A model generated the notes under the pieces. It did not search any database and was not told where the DNA came from. It saw only the letters and a list, made by a program, of their open reading frames with translations. A program made the translations under genes and the position numbers. A stretch of DNA of 64,000 nucleotides, taken from the IMG/VR virus record IMGVR_UViG_3300028832_000004, positions 63,988 to 127,987 of that record. One strand, written 5' to 3'. Shown here one piece after another: positions 51,625 to 62,018 of this stretch (the first letter of the stretch is position 1; the number at the start of each line of letters is the position of its first letter). The stretch is from a virus. Lineage: Duplodnaviria; Caudoviricetes.

Positions 51625-52218
51625 TTACCAAAGAACGGTGCCCTTTTGAAGAAATATTGTATTGCCGACGCCCTTATATGGTTCCTTGCGCAAATCTGTA
51701 ATATTCTTGGGGTCCTCGTCCCTGTTAATCATGATGAAATTTTCCCATTCCTTGATGGCGGATTCGCCTTCGCTATAAATAGCCTCGCCGTCGAGCTGGA
51801 ATGGCTGATTTTGATAGCTGCTGAATTTCAGCTTCTGCCCCATCACCTTCTTGCAGTAGCCCACGAACAAACACTCCAATTCGTGTGGCAAGCCCGCCAA
51901 ATAGGCGTTATCCGAAGTTAAGGCGATTGTAACGGTGATGGATCCCGTCCCGTTAAAAATGCGGGTTTCGGTATCCACCAAGGTTGACAGCTTTACGGTT
52001 CTCCCTTGATACTTGACCTCTTGATTCATATCGATATCCGGCACATATTCCCCGGACTCAATACTAAAATTACAGGTGTTGGTGCGAGGGAATAGGCGAT
52101 ATTTACGATACCAGTTGACAGCCTTGCGATACATACGGGTCAAAGATTCATCCGTAATAAGTTCCTCGGTCTCGAGGCCCATTTCGTCATCAAGCACTTG
52201 TCGCAGGGATACAGCCAT
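51625..52218 (-). CDS. T4 gp13-like neck protein
   Basis: K..MGQKLKF..QLDGEAIYSEG..I..WE resembles the gp13 C-terminal motif. Confidence 0.65.
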   Translation of the reverse strand: MAVSLRQVLDDEMGLETEELITDESLTRMYRKAVNWYRKYRLFPRTNTCNFSIESGEYVPDIDMNQEVKYQGRTVKLSTLVDTETRIFNGTGSITVTIALTSDNAYLAGLPHELECLFVGYCKKVMGQKLKFSSYQNQPFQLDGEAIYSEGESAIKEWENFIMINRDEDPKNITDLRKEPYKGVGNTIFLQKGTVLW

Positions 52219-52355
52219 ACCTGAAATATAATAAAAATCAAATGGCAGGCACACCGGAGAATACTGCGCGTTTAAGGCGCGAAAATAAATCACGCGCCCA
52301 AATGCCTAGGCGCGTAATTTGAAAGGCGTAGGCGCCGTTTTAGGCGCCTTTATGA

Positions 52356-53294
52356 TTAAGCCGCGATGCTTTCGACCCACTTGATGATATTGTTCATCGG
52401 GGTGGCGAGGCTGCGTTCGAAACGCTTTTCCGCCATACGGGCACTCTTCTTTTGATTGGTGCCGGAGTAGTGGGTGGCGAAGTCCGCGTAGGCGTTGATC
52501 AAGCCCCAAGCGCTGTTGCGGAAGTTGCCGTTGTCGTCCGCGTTGAAGCAGTTGCGGAGGTCGGCACGCTTCACTTCGAGGCGGCGGAGTTCGTTTTCCT
52601 TCAGTTCGCCCTTGATCGGGAAGAGGAAGTCGGCGAAGGCGTCCACGGCGTCCGCACCAACGCGAAGCGTGGCGAACTTTTCGGCGAGCTTGCTGAACTC
52701 GGCCATATAGGCGGCTGCGGTGGACATCGTTGCCTTAGCCTGTTCCAGCTTTTCGGCGGCGGTGCGGCTGTGGCGGATGCACACGGCGTTTTCGGCGCTG
52801 CGGAAAGCAATATTGAACTGATTTTGGCACACAATGCGCAGCGGGTAAATGGCGGCCTTGCAGATGTATTTCTTGTTGAAGGAGTTTTGGAAGATGAGGT
52901 GCGGGGTGATCTCATCGCCAAGGACCTTGATGGACGGCAGGGCTGCAATGAGGTAGTTCAGGCCGGTTTCGGTTTCGCCGCCACGGAGGAACGTCAAGTC
53001 GTCCGGGATATACTGGGCGAAGTCGAATGCTTCACGGTTCTGAATGATGTGATAGGCATCGCTGACCACGCCGTGAATCTTATTGTCCGTGCCGACAACC
53101 GCGTTGGTGTTCGGGATGCGGGCGAGGATGCCATCCGGCATCGTGGTCATTGCGGGGGACATCGATGCGGTGAAGTCAAGGCCGCATTCGGCGAGGGCTT
53201 CATCGAACTTAGAGGTGTTGATGCCTGCTCCGATGGAATCCCAAGTGGCTTCGCGTGCGGAGAGGGTGGTAACGAGTGCGGTGTTGTTCTTCAT
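52356..53294 (-). CDS. DUF932 family phage/plasmid protein
   Basis: GVVSDAYHIIQNREAF, NSF, PLRIVCQN, IRH, SAWGLINAYADF. Confidence 0.9.
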   Translation of the reverse strand: MKNNTALVTTLSAREATWDSIGAGINTSKFDEALAECGLDFTASMSPAMTTMPDGILARIPNTNAVVGTDNKIHGVVSDAYHIIQNREAFDFAQYIPDDLTFLRGGETETGLNYLIAALPSIKVLGDEITPHLIFQNSFNKKYICKAAIYPLRIVCQNQFNIAFRSAENAVCIRHSRTAAEKLEQAKATMSTAAAYMAEFSKLAEKFATLRVGADAVDAFADFLFPIKGELKENELRRLEVKRADLRNCFNADDNGNFRNSAWGLINAYADFATHYSGTNQKKSARMAEKRFERSLATPMNNIIKWVESIAA

Positions 53295-53351
53295 AAGATT
53301 CTTTCCTTGTTTGAGAGTTGCTTGAGGCGCTGCCTACGCCGTTATGTTTAT

Positions 53352-53380
53352 AATATAGAATCGTCTTCTGAAAAAGACAC
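53352..53380 (-). promoter_or_regulatory. phage early promoter, copy 7
   Basis: GTGTCTTTTTCA-N11-TATATT. Confidence 0.85.
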
Positions 53381-53420
53381 CCGTTTTGTGAAAATTTCTC
53401 ACTTTTTTTAATTGGCGGGC

Positions 53421-54377
53421 CTAATATAAAAATTTGAGCGGTATTCCGTATTTGCCATCATGTTCGGCGCACCACCGTTCTATATATGCCTTTTCGGCAG
53501 GATCCAACAGGAGGCGCTTCATATCCGGCTGGCCCGTCCAATCCGCCACCGCGTGATATTCGATACAGGCGACCTTCGGGAATAATTCGGGGACCTTTTC
53601 AGGTAGCCCCTGCACGTCAGTGAAATTCGCCTTAGAAACCGTGACGGATAATTTATAGGCGGCATTTGGGAAGAGCGCCGTGGCGCGTTCATAGCCACGA
53701 ATAAGGTTATGCCATTTGGATCCGGCGCGAATTGTTTCATATAGTTGGGGCGTGGCGCTATCCAATGAAATGATAATTTCCTTGACAAGCGGGTAATTCC
53801 CCGGATGAATCCTTTCACAATTTTGAAGGGTCCAAGTCTGTAGGCTAGTGATCAATTTGATTTCACGGATTCCAAAGTCCGCAAGGCGCATGCATAAAAG
53901 GTTCCGGTAGTTTTCCGAATAAAAGAGATCGCCAGCCGCCCCGATTACAATGGCAGGCGGCGGTGCGCCTTCCGCAGCATTCGAGGTCGCCACCTCCTTG
54001 TAAGTTTGGGAGAGGTCTTCCATATACTTTCTAATTTCAACCGGGGAAAGAATGCGCTCGTCCGCATGTTCGGCATGATTAGTGCAGGTAATGCAATGGC
54101 CCGGGCATTTGCGCCATTCGCCTAATGAAATTTCCTTAATGAAATTCCTTCCCGCACGAAAATGGGGGCACGTTCCTTTATTGCAGAAACCGCCGAGGCT
54201 CCCGGCATATGCCTTAAAATCAAACACGCCATTTTCAATAAAGCGTTCTCGCCGAAAAAACATTTCGGCGCCTTGCGGGGAATTGCAACATGGCAAAACT
54301 ATCCTAGAACGGACCGGCAATGTAAAAAGGTTCACCGCAGTAAAATAAAGCCTATCGTGATAAATACAAGTGCACAT
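53421..54377 (-). CDS. radical SAM protein with N-terminal Cys-rich region
   Basis: CPGHCITC (CxxxCxxC), GD, ISLDSAT..YETIR.G. Confidence 0.75.
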   Translation of the reverse strand: MCTCIYHDRLYFTAVNLFTLPVRSRIVLPCCNSPQGAEMFFRRERFIENGVFDFKAYAGSLGGFCNKGTCPHFRAGRNFIKEISLGEWRKCPGHCITCTNHAEHADERILSPVEIRKYMEDLSQTYKEVATSNAAEGAPPPAIVIGAAGDLFYSENYRNLLCMRLADFGIREIKLITSLQTWTLQNCERIHPGNYPLVKEIIISLDSATPQLYETIRAGSKWHNLIRGYERATALFPNAAYKLSVTVSKANFTDVQGLPEKVPELFPKVACIEYHAVADWTGQPDMKRLLLDPAEKAYIERWCAEHDGKYGIPLKFLY

Positions 54378-54380
54378 ACA

Positions 54381-55067
54381 TTATTTTACGGGAAGCGGCC
54401 CTACATTGTCAAGCAGGGTGGACTTCATGCCTTTTCGTATGGCGAGCTTTATATAAGTGGTCATCGCCTGGATATAGTCCGGATGCGCCCCTTCATCCCC
54501 GCCAACGGAACCATTCAAGGTCGTCTTGGCGCTCAAGGCGCAGCGGATTCCGAGATGCCCCGCGACCGTCCCCATATATTGATCTTCCCCGCCCCATCCT
54601 TTGAATTCTTCGCTGAAGAACTCGCCGTCATTGAACGCCATTATCCTATCGATTGTTTTCTTGTATATGGCAAAGCCGCATGAGAAAAACGCATTCCCGG
54701 GGCCTTTTATATAAATCGGGGCGCCGGGCTTGGCGTATGCACTTCGAATATCCTTTTCGCATGGGTAGAGCAAGATGTCGGCACCAAGCGCCGACATCTC
54801 GGCGGCGGGGTCCGCGTATCGAATAGGAAAACGATCGCCATCGAAAAATTCGACGATTGTATCGTCTTCCGGATTTTGACTTAACCAATAAGCCAGCCCC
54901 GCGTTTCTATTGGCGCTGCGGTTGCCCGCTTGCCCCATTGTGATAACATGATGATCTGTTGCGGCGGCAATGTCGTCCGGGGTAGGATCATCAAACACGA
55001 ATACGAGGTCGGCAAAATTAAAATGCCGGATGTATTCGGTTTGGTGGTGGCTTATTACGATTTTCAT
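54381..55067 (-). CDS. glycosyltransferase (GT2/GT7-like)
   Basis: RSANRNAG, FFDGD, FSEEFKGWGGED. Confidence 0.85.
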   Translation of the reverse strand: MKIVISHHQTEYIRHFNFADLVFVFDDPTPDDIAAATDHHVITMGQAGNRSANRNAGLAYWLSQNPEDDTIVEFFDGDRFPIRYADPAAEMSALGADILLYPCEKDIRSAYAKPGAPIYIKGPGNAFFSCGFAIYKKTIDRIMAFNDGEFFSEEFKGWGGEDQYMGTVAGHLGIRCALSAKTTLNGSVGGDEGAHPDYIQAMTTYIKLAIRKGMKSTLLDNVGPLPVK

Positions 55068-55068
55068 A

Positions 55069-56772
55069 TTAATAATTCGGATAATCCTGACAACAATATC
55101 CACCAGTAAGGAGGATAATTGCAGGTGCGCCATCCACGATTACTTTGGTGAAAATTAATTTTGCGGACGCCGCGATTGGGATAGTAGGCATCTCTCCCGG
55201 AAGATACTGACCGTAGCCGCTTTTTTCCGGAGAATTAAAGGTCACTGCAATCGAATGGTTGGTTGGCGTAGTTTGGGACGTGGATGTAACTTTCGCCCCA
55301 TTCGGATTCCCATAACCCCATGAATACGTTTTCAAGTATGGAGTGTCCGCCCCGGCTTGAAACCATAAATGCGGCACAGGTCCGCCGTTATGAGGGGTCG
55401 CCGCATGCAGTAGCCCCTTATTATCGGATAAGGGTGTTATTGCGTCCCACCAAGTACCTACCGAGCTTGCCGGGGTATTTCCGGAATTATTATTTTCGCG
55501 GGATATGTAGAAGGAATATTGCGGGCCGTTATCGCCTTGGGTTTCAACGGAAACAATTTCGCGGGACGCATATGTGGCGGCGGCATCCCATTCCCCGACA
55601 AAATGCTCAAGGCCCAAGTCACTGTGGAGTGCCTGCTTTGCCGGAGGGAATGATACAATATGCATGTTCAATTCAATAACTTGGCCTTCTTCCATGGCGG
55701 AAACATCCATGGTATATATAACGTCACTCCCTTGGGGAACGCGCAAGCCGGTGTCACCTAAGACAAACCCACAGGTGATATACATATCCAACTGCGTGAC
55801 TTTCGGCCCGATCTTAATTGCGTTTAAGCTTGAGGCGCCTCGGGGTTCGCACCCAATAAAGGAGTCAGCCAGTACGAATCCGCATGTCGTGTTATCATGA
55901 ATATATGAATTGGACGCAAAAGTGCCATCCGGTTCACGGAAAACCAATGCGGTGTCTCCATTGATTAGGCTGGATGGGAGCCAGTCTCCATTATATGCCG
56001 GCTTGGCACGCGGAACGAGATACCCATCCTCTTTTTTGCCAGGGGCCGGCGATGCCGGGAATAGATGCTCCGCCATGACAGCGCCAACCGTATTTCCATA
56101 AGTATATAGCCCATACAGCGGCCATTCCAGCGTTGGAAGGCCATCGACCGGCCCAATTCTTGAATAATCAAGAAGGGCAACGATTGCGTGGGTGCCGCCA
56201 CCGGTAGCATTGCTCATCCATGAGGTGCGCCGCACCGTTGCGGTAACGCCGGATGGCACAACCGGGATCTTATCGAGGGTGGATTCATATGTAAAGGATT
56301 GGCCGCCGCCAAGTGTTTGGGCGGTTGCCATAATGAACGCGCCAACGCTAACATCCTTTGCCGCCATGCTTTCGATTGTAACCGCCTCGGCGGGGCCATG
56401 CGTATGAAAATAGAAATGGAAGAACGGCGAGCCATTCGCTCCGATAACGGCATGGAACGGGGCAATCGTATGTACATGGATCCGGAGATTCCCGGACGCC
56501 TCGCCTACGCTGCTATCCGGAAATACAAGAGTGATAGTATCGGGGACCACCGCGTTGATGAGCACGTGAAATTCGCCGCTCGCTATTCCGTGAATTTTAT
56601 TTACGCCAAGCAAGGCATCAACATCAACATTGCCGGATTTCCCTGCAAGCATATCGGCAGTGACCACATAATCATATTGTATGGACTGCGTGATCGCATT
56701 CATGTTTTTCGGGGGGACTGTGTCATTAAGCTGGTAATTGGTGCGTATGCCTGCTTCCGGATTATTAATCAT
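55069..56772 (-). CDS. tail fibre/virion protein with CBM5/12-like module
   Basis: GEWDAAATYASREIV..FYIS..NTP..WW; beta-rich. Confidence 0.55.
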   Translation of the reverse strand: MINNPEAGIRTNYQLNDTVPPKNMNAITQSIQYDYVVTADMLAGKSGNVDVDALLGVNKIHGIASGEFHVLINAVVPDTITLVFPDSSVGEASGNLRIHVHTIAPFHAVIGANGSPFFHFYFHTHGPAEAVTIESMAAKDVSVGAFIMATAQTLGGGQSFTYESTLDKIPVVPSGVTATVRRTSWMSNATGGGTHAIVALLDYSRIGPVDGLPTLEWPLYGLYTYGNTVGAVMAEHLFPASPAPGKKEDGYLVPRAKPAYNGDWLPSSLINGDTALVFREPDGTFASNSYIHDNTTCGFVLADSFIGCEPRGASSLNAIKIGPKVTQLDMYITCGFVLGDTGLRVPQGSDVIYTMDVSAMEEGQVIELNMHIVSFPPAKQALHSDLGLEHFVGEWDAAATYASREIVSVETQGDNGPQYSFYISRENNNSGNTPASSVGTWWDAITPLSDNKGLLHAATPHNGGPVPHLWFQAGADTPYLKTYSWGYGNPNGAKVTSTSQTTPTNHSIAVTFNSPEKSGYGQYLPGEMPTIPIAASAKLIFTKVIVDGAPAIILLTGGYCCQDYPNY

Positions 56773-56837
56773 AGATACCTCTTTACGTTATGCCATTAAA
56801 TCTAAGAAATTTAGTGGCATAACGCACAATTATGCCG

Positions 56838-57854
56838 CTAAACGTCCGGCGAAAGAAGAACGGTTGTCCCGGCGCTTTCCAGTGAAAGAAGGATTCCGGA
56901 ATCTCCGATATTCTTTACGGACGCCTGAATGCCTGCCTTCATTAGGCGGAACGGGCTGGCATCGACGGTAAAGCTTCCGGTATATTCGCCATCCCAAGAT
57001 GCTTCCCCGCAGAATGTGCCACTGGAATTTTCGGCGTTGACGGAAATAGTCCCCGGGGCAAATGTAATATGCACCGGCATCTGTTTCGAGAACGCATCGG
57101 TAAAGCCTTCCGCCTCCCTGATGGCGCCAAGCACCTCCTCATTGAATGTCGCCGTTGCGGTAACGGGGGCATCCTGTGATGCATGGATATAATCGCACAG
57201 CGGACCCATCGGAAAGTCATTGATGGCGCGATAGAGCACGGAGCATATAGTGCCATCATCATATTGAACATGAATATATGGCATATCATTCAACACATGG
57301 GTCGCCACCTTGCCTGCCTTGGACAAGGCATGAACCGCAGCGTCCGGGATCCATGCCCCGCCGGGCAACCCATCGCATGTCGCCGTGACAATTCGGATGG
57401 AATCGGTTGCAATAAGCCCCGAATAGATTTCGCTATCCCACGCAACCCCCGCGTATCCTGACTTGTTCGGGAAGGCAACCGCCCCTATCTTGTTAATAAA
57501 ATCTGCGGGTGCCGGCTGCAATTCATCCGGAAAGGCCGGAAGGGTTGAAGGAACCTCGGCATACGGGAGCGTTAAACGGGAGCGGCCATGTTTAACCATA
57601 ATCCCGGAGGCGTCGCCCGTAATGGTAATATTCCCCGTTGCCTTTGAAAGGATCTTGTCAATCGCGGCCTTGTCGACCATAAAGGCGAAATCGACGGATG
57701 GGCATGGAACCCTCACGTTGATACTGGTGCCGCACCCCATAATGTATCCGGGGACGAAAATAAGTTTTCCGGCCTGCAATAGCCCTGTTCCGGCATCTAC
57801 ACCGGCGGAGCATTTGCTTACGGCGTCCTTTAATTCTTTTGCTTCAATAATCAC
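56838..57854 (-). CDS. dnaN: DNA polymerase III beta-clamp-like protein
   Basis: 338 aa, IATDSIRI (cf. VATDGHRL), three-domain pattern, context. Confidence 0.7.
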   Translation of the reverse strand: MIIEAKELKDAVSKCSAGVDAGTGLLQAGKLIFVPGYIMGCGTSINVRVPCPSVDFAFMVDKAAIDKILSKATGNITITGDASGIMVKHGRSRLTLPYAEVPSTLPAFPDELQPAPADFINKIGAVAFPNKSGYAGVAWDSEIYSGLIATDSIRIVTATCDGLPGGAWIPDAAVHALSKAGKVATHVLNDMPYIHVQYDDGTICSVLYRAINDFPMGPLCDYIHASQDAPVTATATFNEEVLGAIREAEGFTDAFSKQMPVHITFAPGTISVNAENSSGTFCGEASWDGEYTGSFTVDASPFRLMKAGIQASVKNIGDSGILLSLESAGTTVLLSPDV

Positions 57855-59311
57855 AGTTTGAATCCTCCGCGTCTACCGCGTGTTGGTGTTCTTTGCGGCT
57901 CGTCTTCATCGTTTTCCGCCTGAATATCCACATTCGCAATCATATGCGCCTCCATCATGGGCTCGCCAATGGCAAGGCAGGATGTGCAAAGCAACTGCGA
58001 TGGCGCTACCGGCTCATCACGGGTAGTATTGCATGATAGTCTATACAAACCCTGTTCTCGCTCGGTCGCAGTTTGATTGATCATAATCATCTTGGTGACG
58101 TGGGCAACCTTGCGGATATCTTCCGCCACGTCCGCCTCATCCGCATCCTTTTGTCCGCCAACGGTTGCACGCCCGGTTTGCGTTGCGGTGATCAAAAGGC
58201 ATTTGCGCTCGGACGCCAATCCACGCAATGACACCCATGTATCATTGATACGGTCTCGCATTTCCTTTGCCGCCGACGTGTGGCGCATAATGTCCGCATA
58301 GTCAAGAACGATAACGTCCGGGACAAAATGTTCATATAGTTGCAGCGAATCCAAATCTTCCTTTAAGCGGGCAATAGTCAAGGAGTTTGACGGATATGTG
58401 CGCACCCTAAGGTCGCCGCGATAATACATCGCGTAGTTGCCCATCGTCTTGGCAATTTCCGCCTCTTCCAATATTGGTGTACGGGAAAGAGTTTGCCCCG
58501 GCACAATGGTATAACGCCCCGGCGTAATCTCCATAAACGCGCTATATTCGGCGGATTGGCCATTGCGGGTAGATCCGGTAAGCTGTTGCCAAATACGGCG
58601 TAAAACCTGCGATTCCTTCATTTCGAGCGAAAGCACAAGCACGCGCAGTCCACGCTTGGCGCTTTCCGTCCCAAGTTTTAGGAGCCACCATGACTTGCCG
58701 CGTTTAGGCGGGGCGCCCAATGCGACAAAGTCCTCGCGGGCAAACGAGCCCAGCACCTTTCCGGCATCGCCTTCAAATGTAAGGAGGGTCTCCGTTTCTT
58801 CGTTGAATGCGCTTGCCACGATGCCTGCCGACTTAGGCGAGAACATTGCAACGGTAGAACTATGGATCGGCGCAGGCGCCGCGTATTGGGCGACCACGGC
58901 CTCGCCGCGGGCGGCATCCCGAATCAGCAAGGCGCGATCTATATCGTCACGCAATTTACGCAAGGCGCTGACCCTAAAAAAGTCCAACGCCTGCGACTTA
59001 ATAAGATCGAGGTTGGTCGGCTGCCAATCGTCGCTAATGCTTTTTAAGAAAAGGCCAACCCCTTCGGCATCCTCCTTGCGCATGGATTGTGCCTTGAAGA
59101 GGAAAATGTCCTCGATTGCACGCTGCGGCGCCGCATGGTGCACCTGAAAGAACTCCCACAGCCATGTAGCCACATTACGGCATACGCCTTCGCTAAAAAG
59201 CTCCGGCTTGCCCATTTCCATGCAGGCGGAAAGCAATGGGGTGGACATGACAAGGTTGGCGATGAGGCGCCGTTCGCCGTCAACCAATGGATTGATTTGG
59301 GTTATTTCCAT
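57851..59311 (-). CDS. dnaB: DnaB-like replicative helicase
   Basis: GAPPKRGKS, SLEM, VLDYAD, TATQ motifs. Confidence 0.9.
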   Translation of the reverse strand: MEITQINPLVDGERRLIANLVMSTPLLSACMEMGKPELFSEGVCRNVATWLWEFFQVHHAAPQRAIEDIFLFKAQSMRKEDAEGVGLFLKSISDDWQPTNLDLIKSQALDFFRVSALRKLRDDIDRALLIRDAARGEAVVAQYAAPAPIHSSTVAMFSPKSAGIVASAFNEETETLLTFEGDAGKVLGSFAREDFVALGAPPKRGKSWWLLKLGTESAKRGLRVLVLSLEMKESQVLRRIWQQLTGSTRNGQSAEYSAFMEITPGRYTIVPGQTLSRTPILEEAEIAKTMGNYAMYYRGDLRVRTYPSNSLTIARLKEDLDSLQLYEHFVPDVIVLDYADIMRHTSAAKEMRDRINDTWVSLRGLASERKCLLITATQTGRATVGGQKDADEADVAEDIRKVAHVTKMIMINQTATEREQGLYRLSCNTTRDEPVAPSQLLCTSCLAIGEPMMEAHMIANVDIQAENDEDEPQRTPTRGRRGGFKL

Positions 59312-59715
59312 CCCTGGGATTCCTTGCTGGCATTGCCTTGATATTTTCCGGTGTATTGTGATGCGGGGTCACATTCAAAGAAAATCATCTGCGCAATACG
59401 ATCGCCCGCATCAAACTTCACCGATTCATTGCCCATATTGTAAATGGTGCATCCCGAGGCGCCGGAGAAGCCCGGATCATAAAGTCCGGAAGAGATAAAG
59501 ATGCCCTTTCGGGACAACGAGCTGCGAACGCAAAGCATCGCGGCCGCATTGGAGGGTACAGAAATCTTTTCGGCGATTTCAATGTTCAAAAATCCATGTG
59601 CGGGAATTTCGCAGGATTCCTTGATGGTAACGTCTACTCCGCATTGTTGCTTCTTGGTACCTTCGGCGGGAATGATGTGCTTGTTTTCCAAAATCTTATC
59701 AGGATTGATAATCAT
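59302..59715 (-). CDS. dut: dUTPase/dCTP deaminase family protein
   Basis: GVD, RSSLSR, GLYDPGFSG, GDRIAQ, YTGKYQ. Confidence 0.85.
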   Translation of the reverse strand: MIINPDKILENKHIIPAEGTKKQQCGVDVTIKESCEIPAHGFLNIEIAEKISVPSNAAAMLCVRSSLSRKGIFISSGLYDPGFSGASGCTIYNMGNESVKFDAGDRIAQMIFFECDPASQYTGKYQGNASKESQGWK

Positions 59716-59772
59716 AAAAACTCCAATTTGGGTTTATTTAATATACGGAAAAAGGCGCGTGGCGCCTTTGTG

Positions 59773-60723
59773 TTAAACCTGCAACTGGTCCGGTTTCAAG
59801 TGGCAAAGCTTGAATACCTGCGCCGCCATTTTCGGGAACGCTTCGCCTTGGTCATAGACCGGTTCGCTAAGGTGTTCAATGAGGCGTAGGCATGCCACAT
59901 CCGATCGCGCTATGAGTGTGGTAGTTGCATACGCGAGTGCCGTATGGCGAATTGCTTCCATCATCACGCCCTGCTTTTTCAGGTTGGTAAGTTGGGCGCC
60001 GAGGGTAGGCCACGCGCCCGGCACGCCTACCGATTTATATAAGGCACGGCAAAAGTCGATGACCACAGTCTCTTTCTTGCTTTCTTCCGCAACCATGGGA
60101 TCCCCGGTGATCGCCTGCTCCAGCAATACAAGTGCTTCGCGTGGTATTCCGTTACAACCGTCAACAATCGAGGCCAACGCCGCTGCGGATAACTGGATAT
60201 GTTCTTTTTGGGCAATTTCCGTGACAAGTTTAGTGATGTCCGGTTTCGACAATGCCTTCAACTTCCAAAATGTCATGCGGGACTTCAAGGCGGCGCCGGC
60301 ATCACCGGAAAACAATGTATCCGGATCAGTAGTACAGAAAAACCAATAGGTAAACGGTGGAACATCCTCGGTCGGCTTCAATAATGCCTTTTTCCCTGGG
60401 CCAAGTAGGGAATGTGCCTCGTCAAGAATAATAACACGAGCCTTTCCCGTAGGCGGTCGATATGCGGCGAGGTCAATTACATCCTTCATGGATGCAATTC
60501 CACGCTCTGTGCCGCAATTCACTTCAGTGATGCTGAGTCCATCCGCGCCGAGCATACTTGCCGCAATGCGTGCGGTGGATGTCTTTCCCGCCCCGCGTGG
60601 GCCTATCAGGCAGTGGACATGCGAATGAATTTCATTGGAAAAATGACGTTCAAATGCGGCGAGGGTCTTTTCATTCCCGACCATTTCGTTAATTGTAGTC
60701 GGGCGGTATTTTTGATATAACAT
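59773..60723 (-). CDS. dnaX: clamp loader, DNA polymerase III gamma/tau-like
   Basis: LYQKYRP, GPRGAGKT, ILDEAH, LLK..E, SR, G.PREAL. Confidence 0.9.
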   Translation of the reverse strand: MLYQKYRPTTINEMVGNEKTLAAFERHFSNEIHSHVHCLIGPRGAGKTSTARIAASMLGADGLSITEVNCGTERGIASMKDVIDLAAYRPPTGKARVIILDEAHSLLGPGKKALLKPTEDVPPFTYWFFCTTDPDTLFSGDAGAALKSRMTFWKLKALSKPDITKLVTEIAQKEHIQLSAAALASIVDGCNGIPREALVLLEQAITGDPMVAEESKKETVVIDFCRALYKSVGVPGAWPTLGAQLTNLKKQGVMMEAIRHTALAYATTTLIARSDVACLRLIEHLSEPVYDQGEAFPKMAAQVFKLCHLKPDQLQV

Positions 60724-60792
60724 AAATAGCTCCTTTTATAGAATATACGGAAGGCCGCTTTCGCGGCCTAATGTAGTCTAATAAATCAGGTA

Positions 60793-61551
60793 TCAAATAC
60801 AGTTGCGCTCCATGATCTTGCGGAACATGCGCACGTTATAATACAGCAGCTCCGGATCAATTTTTGGCGGGGTATCCATCATAAGACGGATGTTGCTCTT
60901 CTTATCAACGCCAGTTTCGGAATAGCGCCAGCCTTCCGCCGCTGCCGTGACCGGATTTGACGTATCCACCGTTTCGAATTTAACGTGGCGATAGACCGGT
61001 GACAGAAACTCGCGTGCCGCATATGTGCCGAACAGGTGCATCGGATTTTCTTTCCAACACGGCAGCTGCGATAGCTTCTCAAGGAATGCAGGCCTACGCT
61101 CCCACGGCATAAGGCTTTGATCATAGCCATGGGAGTCAAACGGGATGGCTATCTTCTCGGTCTTCTCAATCATGAACTTGTAGCAATCGACAAGTTCATC
61201 GAATGTTTCGCCTTGGATGGCACAGATGCCGATACCGGGAAGGTCGGGGAATGTTTCCACAAACTTCTTGTAGGACTCAATGGTTTCAGCGCCATTGTGG
61301 CGCACGTCCGGTATCACGTACCAAGTCGGGCGCATATCCGCAACGATATCGCCAAACGTATCGAAGATTCCGGCGCCAAGTTCAAATGCGCTATTGTCGA
61401 GAAGCACCTTGCGGCCGAGATCCCCGCTCCCCTTATAGAAGAAATGAAAGTCCGGGTCGTTGCAAAGGTGGGCGAATGCGTAGTCATAATCATTGAAACT
61501 ACGCGATTGGATAAGGAGGTCTTTGGGAACCTCGTGAGAAATTAATACCAT
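60793..61551 (-). CDS. second TGT-fold-like protein
   Basis: LLDNSAFELG, IPDV, AIQG, HLFG, VDTSNP. Confidence 0.6.
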   Translation of the reverse strand: MVLISHEVPKDLLIQSRSFNDYDYAFAHLCNDPDFHFFYKGSGDLGRKVLLDNSAFELGAGIFDTFGDIVADMRPTWYVIPDVRHNGAETIESYKKFVETFPDLPGIGICAIQGETFDELVDCYKFMIEKTEKIAIPFDSHGYDQSLMPWERRPAFLEKLSQLPCWKENPMHLFGTYAAREFLSPVYRHVKFETVDTSNPVTAAAEGWRYSETGVDKKSNIRLMMDTPPKIDPELLYYNVRMFRKIMERNCI

Positions 61552-61554
61552 AAT

Positions 61555-61842
61555 TTAGAATTTGTAGGCGATGGCAATTCGACTACCGCTAGGGAGTGCC
61601 AGTTTGTTGAACGCCTTTGCGCCTGAACTGATGAAGTAATCGCGATGGGACCCCTTGTGAGTAATGATGACGGCATGTCCCGTTGCGTCATCCACTTCAA
61701 GGCCCAAAATAGGATCCTTGCAAGTATACGAATGCTGCCACACGGTATGGCTGCTTAAATGCGAAGCCCATTGGAGCTCTCGCTCATTTGCGGGATTCGA
61801 CCGGAAATAAATTTTATCTTTCGGGGCGTAGATAACAGGCAT
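61555..61842 (-). CDS. hypothetical protein
   Basis: GAGGA RBS. Confidence 0.6.
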   Translation of the reverse strand: MPVIYAPKDKIYFRSNPANERELQWASHLSSHTVWQHSYTCKDPILGLEVDDATGHAVIITHKGSHRDYFISSGAKAFNKLALPSGSRIAIAYKF

Positions 61843-62018
61843 ATTACCATTTCCTCTTATATTTATCCGCCTTCCCTGCGGCTTCGCAATAGCTGCATAT
61901 TGGGTGGCCCCCAATAGTCCGATAGGTACGGCGCTCTTTACATATTATACACTTTGGAGGCGGTTTCGCCACCGAAGGACTTGGCCCGCGAGGCTCCGCC
62001 GGAATAAGCGATATTTCC

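Noticed and set aside
52452-53411. Long antisense ORFs (also 896-1633, 6892-7704, 8972-9730, 39260-39946)
   Set aside because: Shadows of real genes on the opposite strand caused by codon bias; no RBS or motifs
53421-54377. QueE completing the deazaguanine pathway
   Set aside because: Lacks QueE hallmarks (QGEG, FxR, CDT); has an N-terminal Cys cluster and glycosyltransferase context instead
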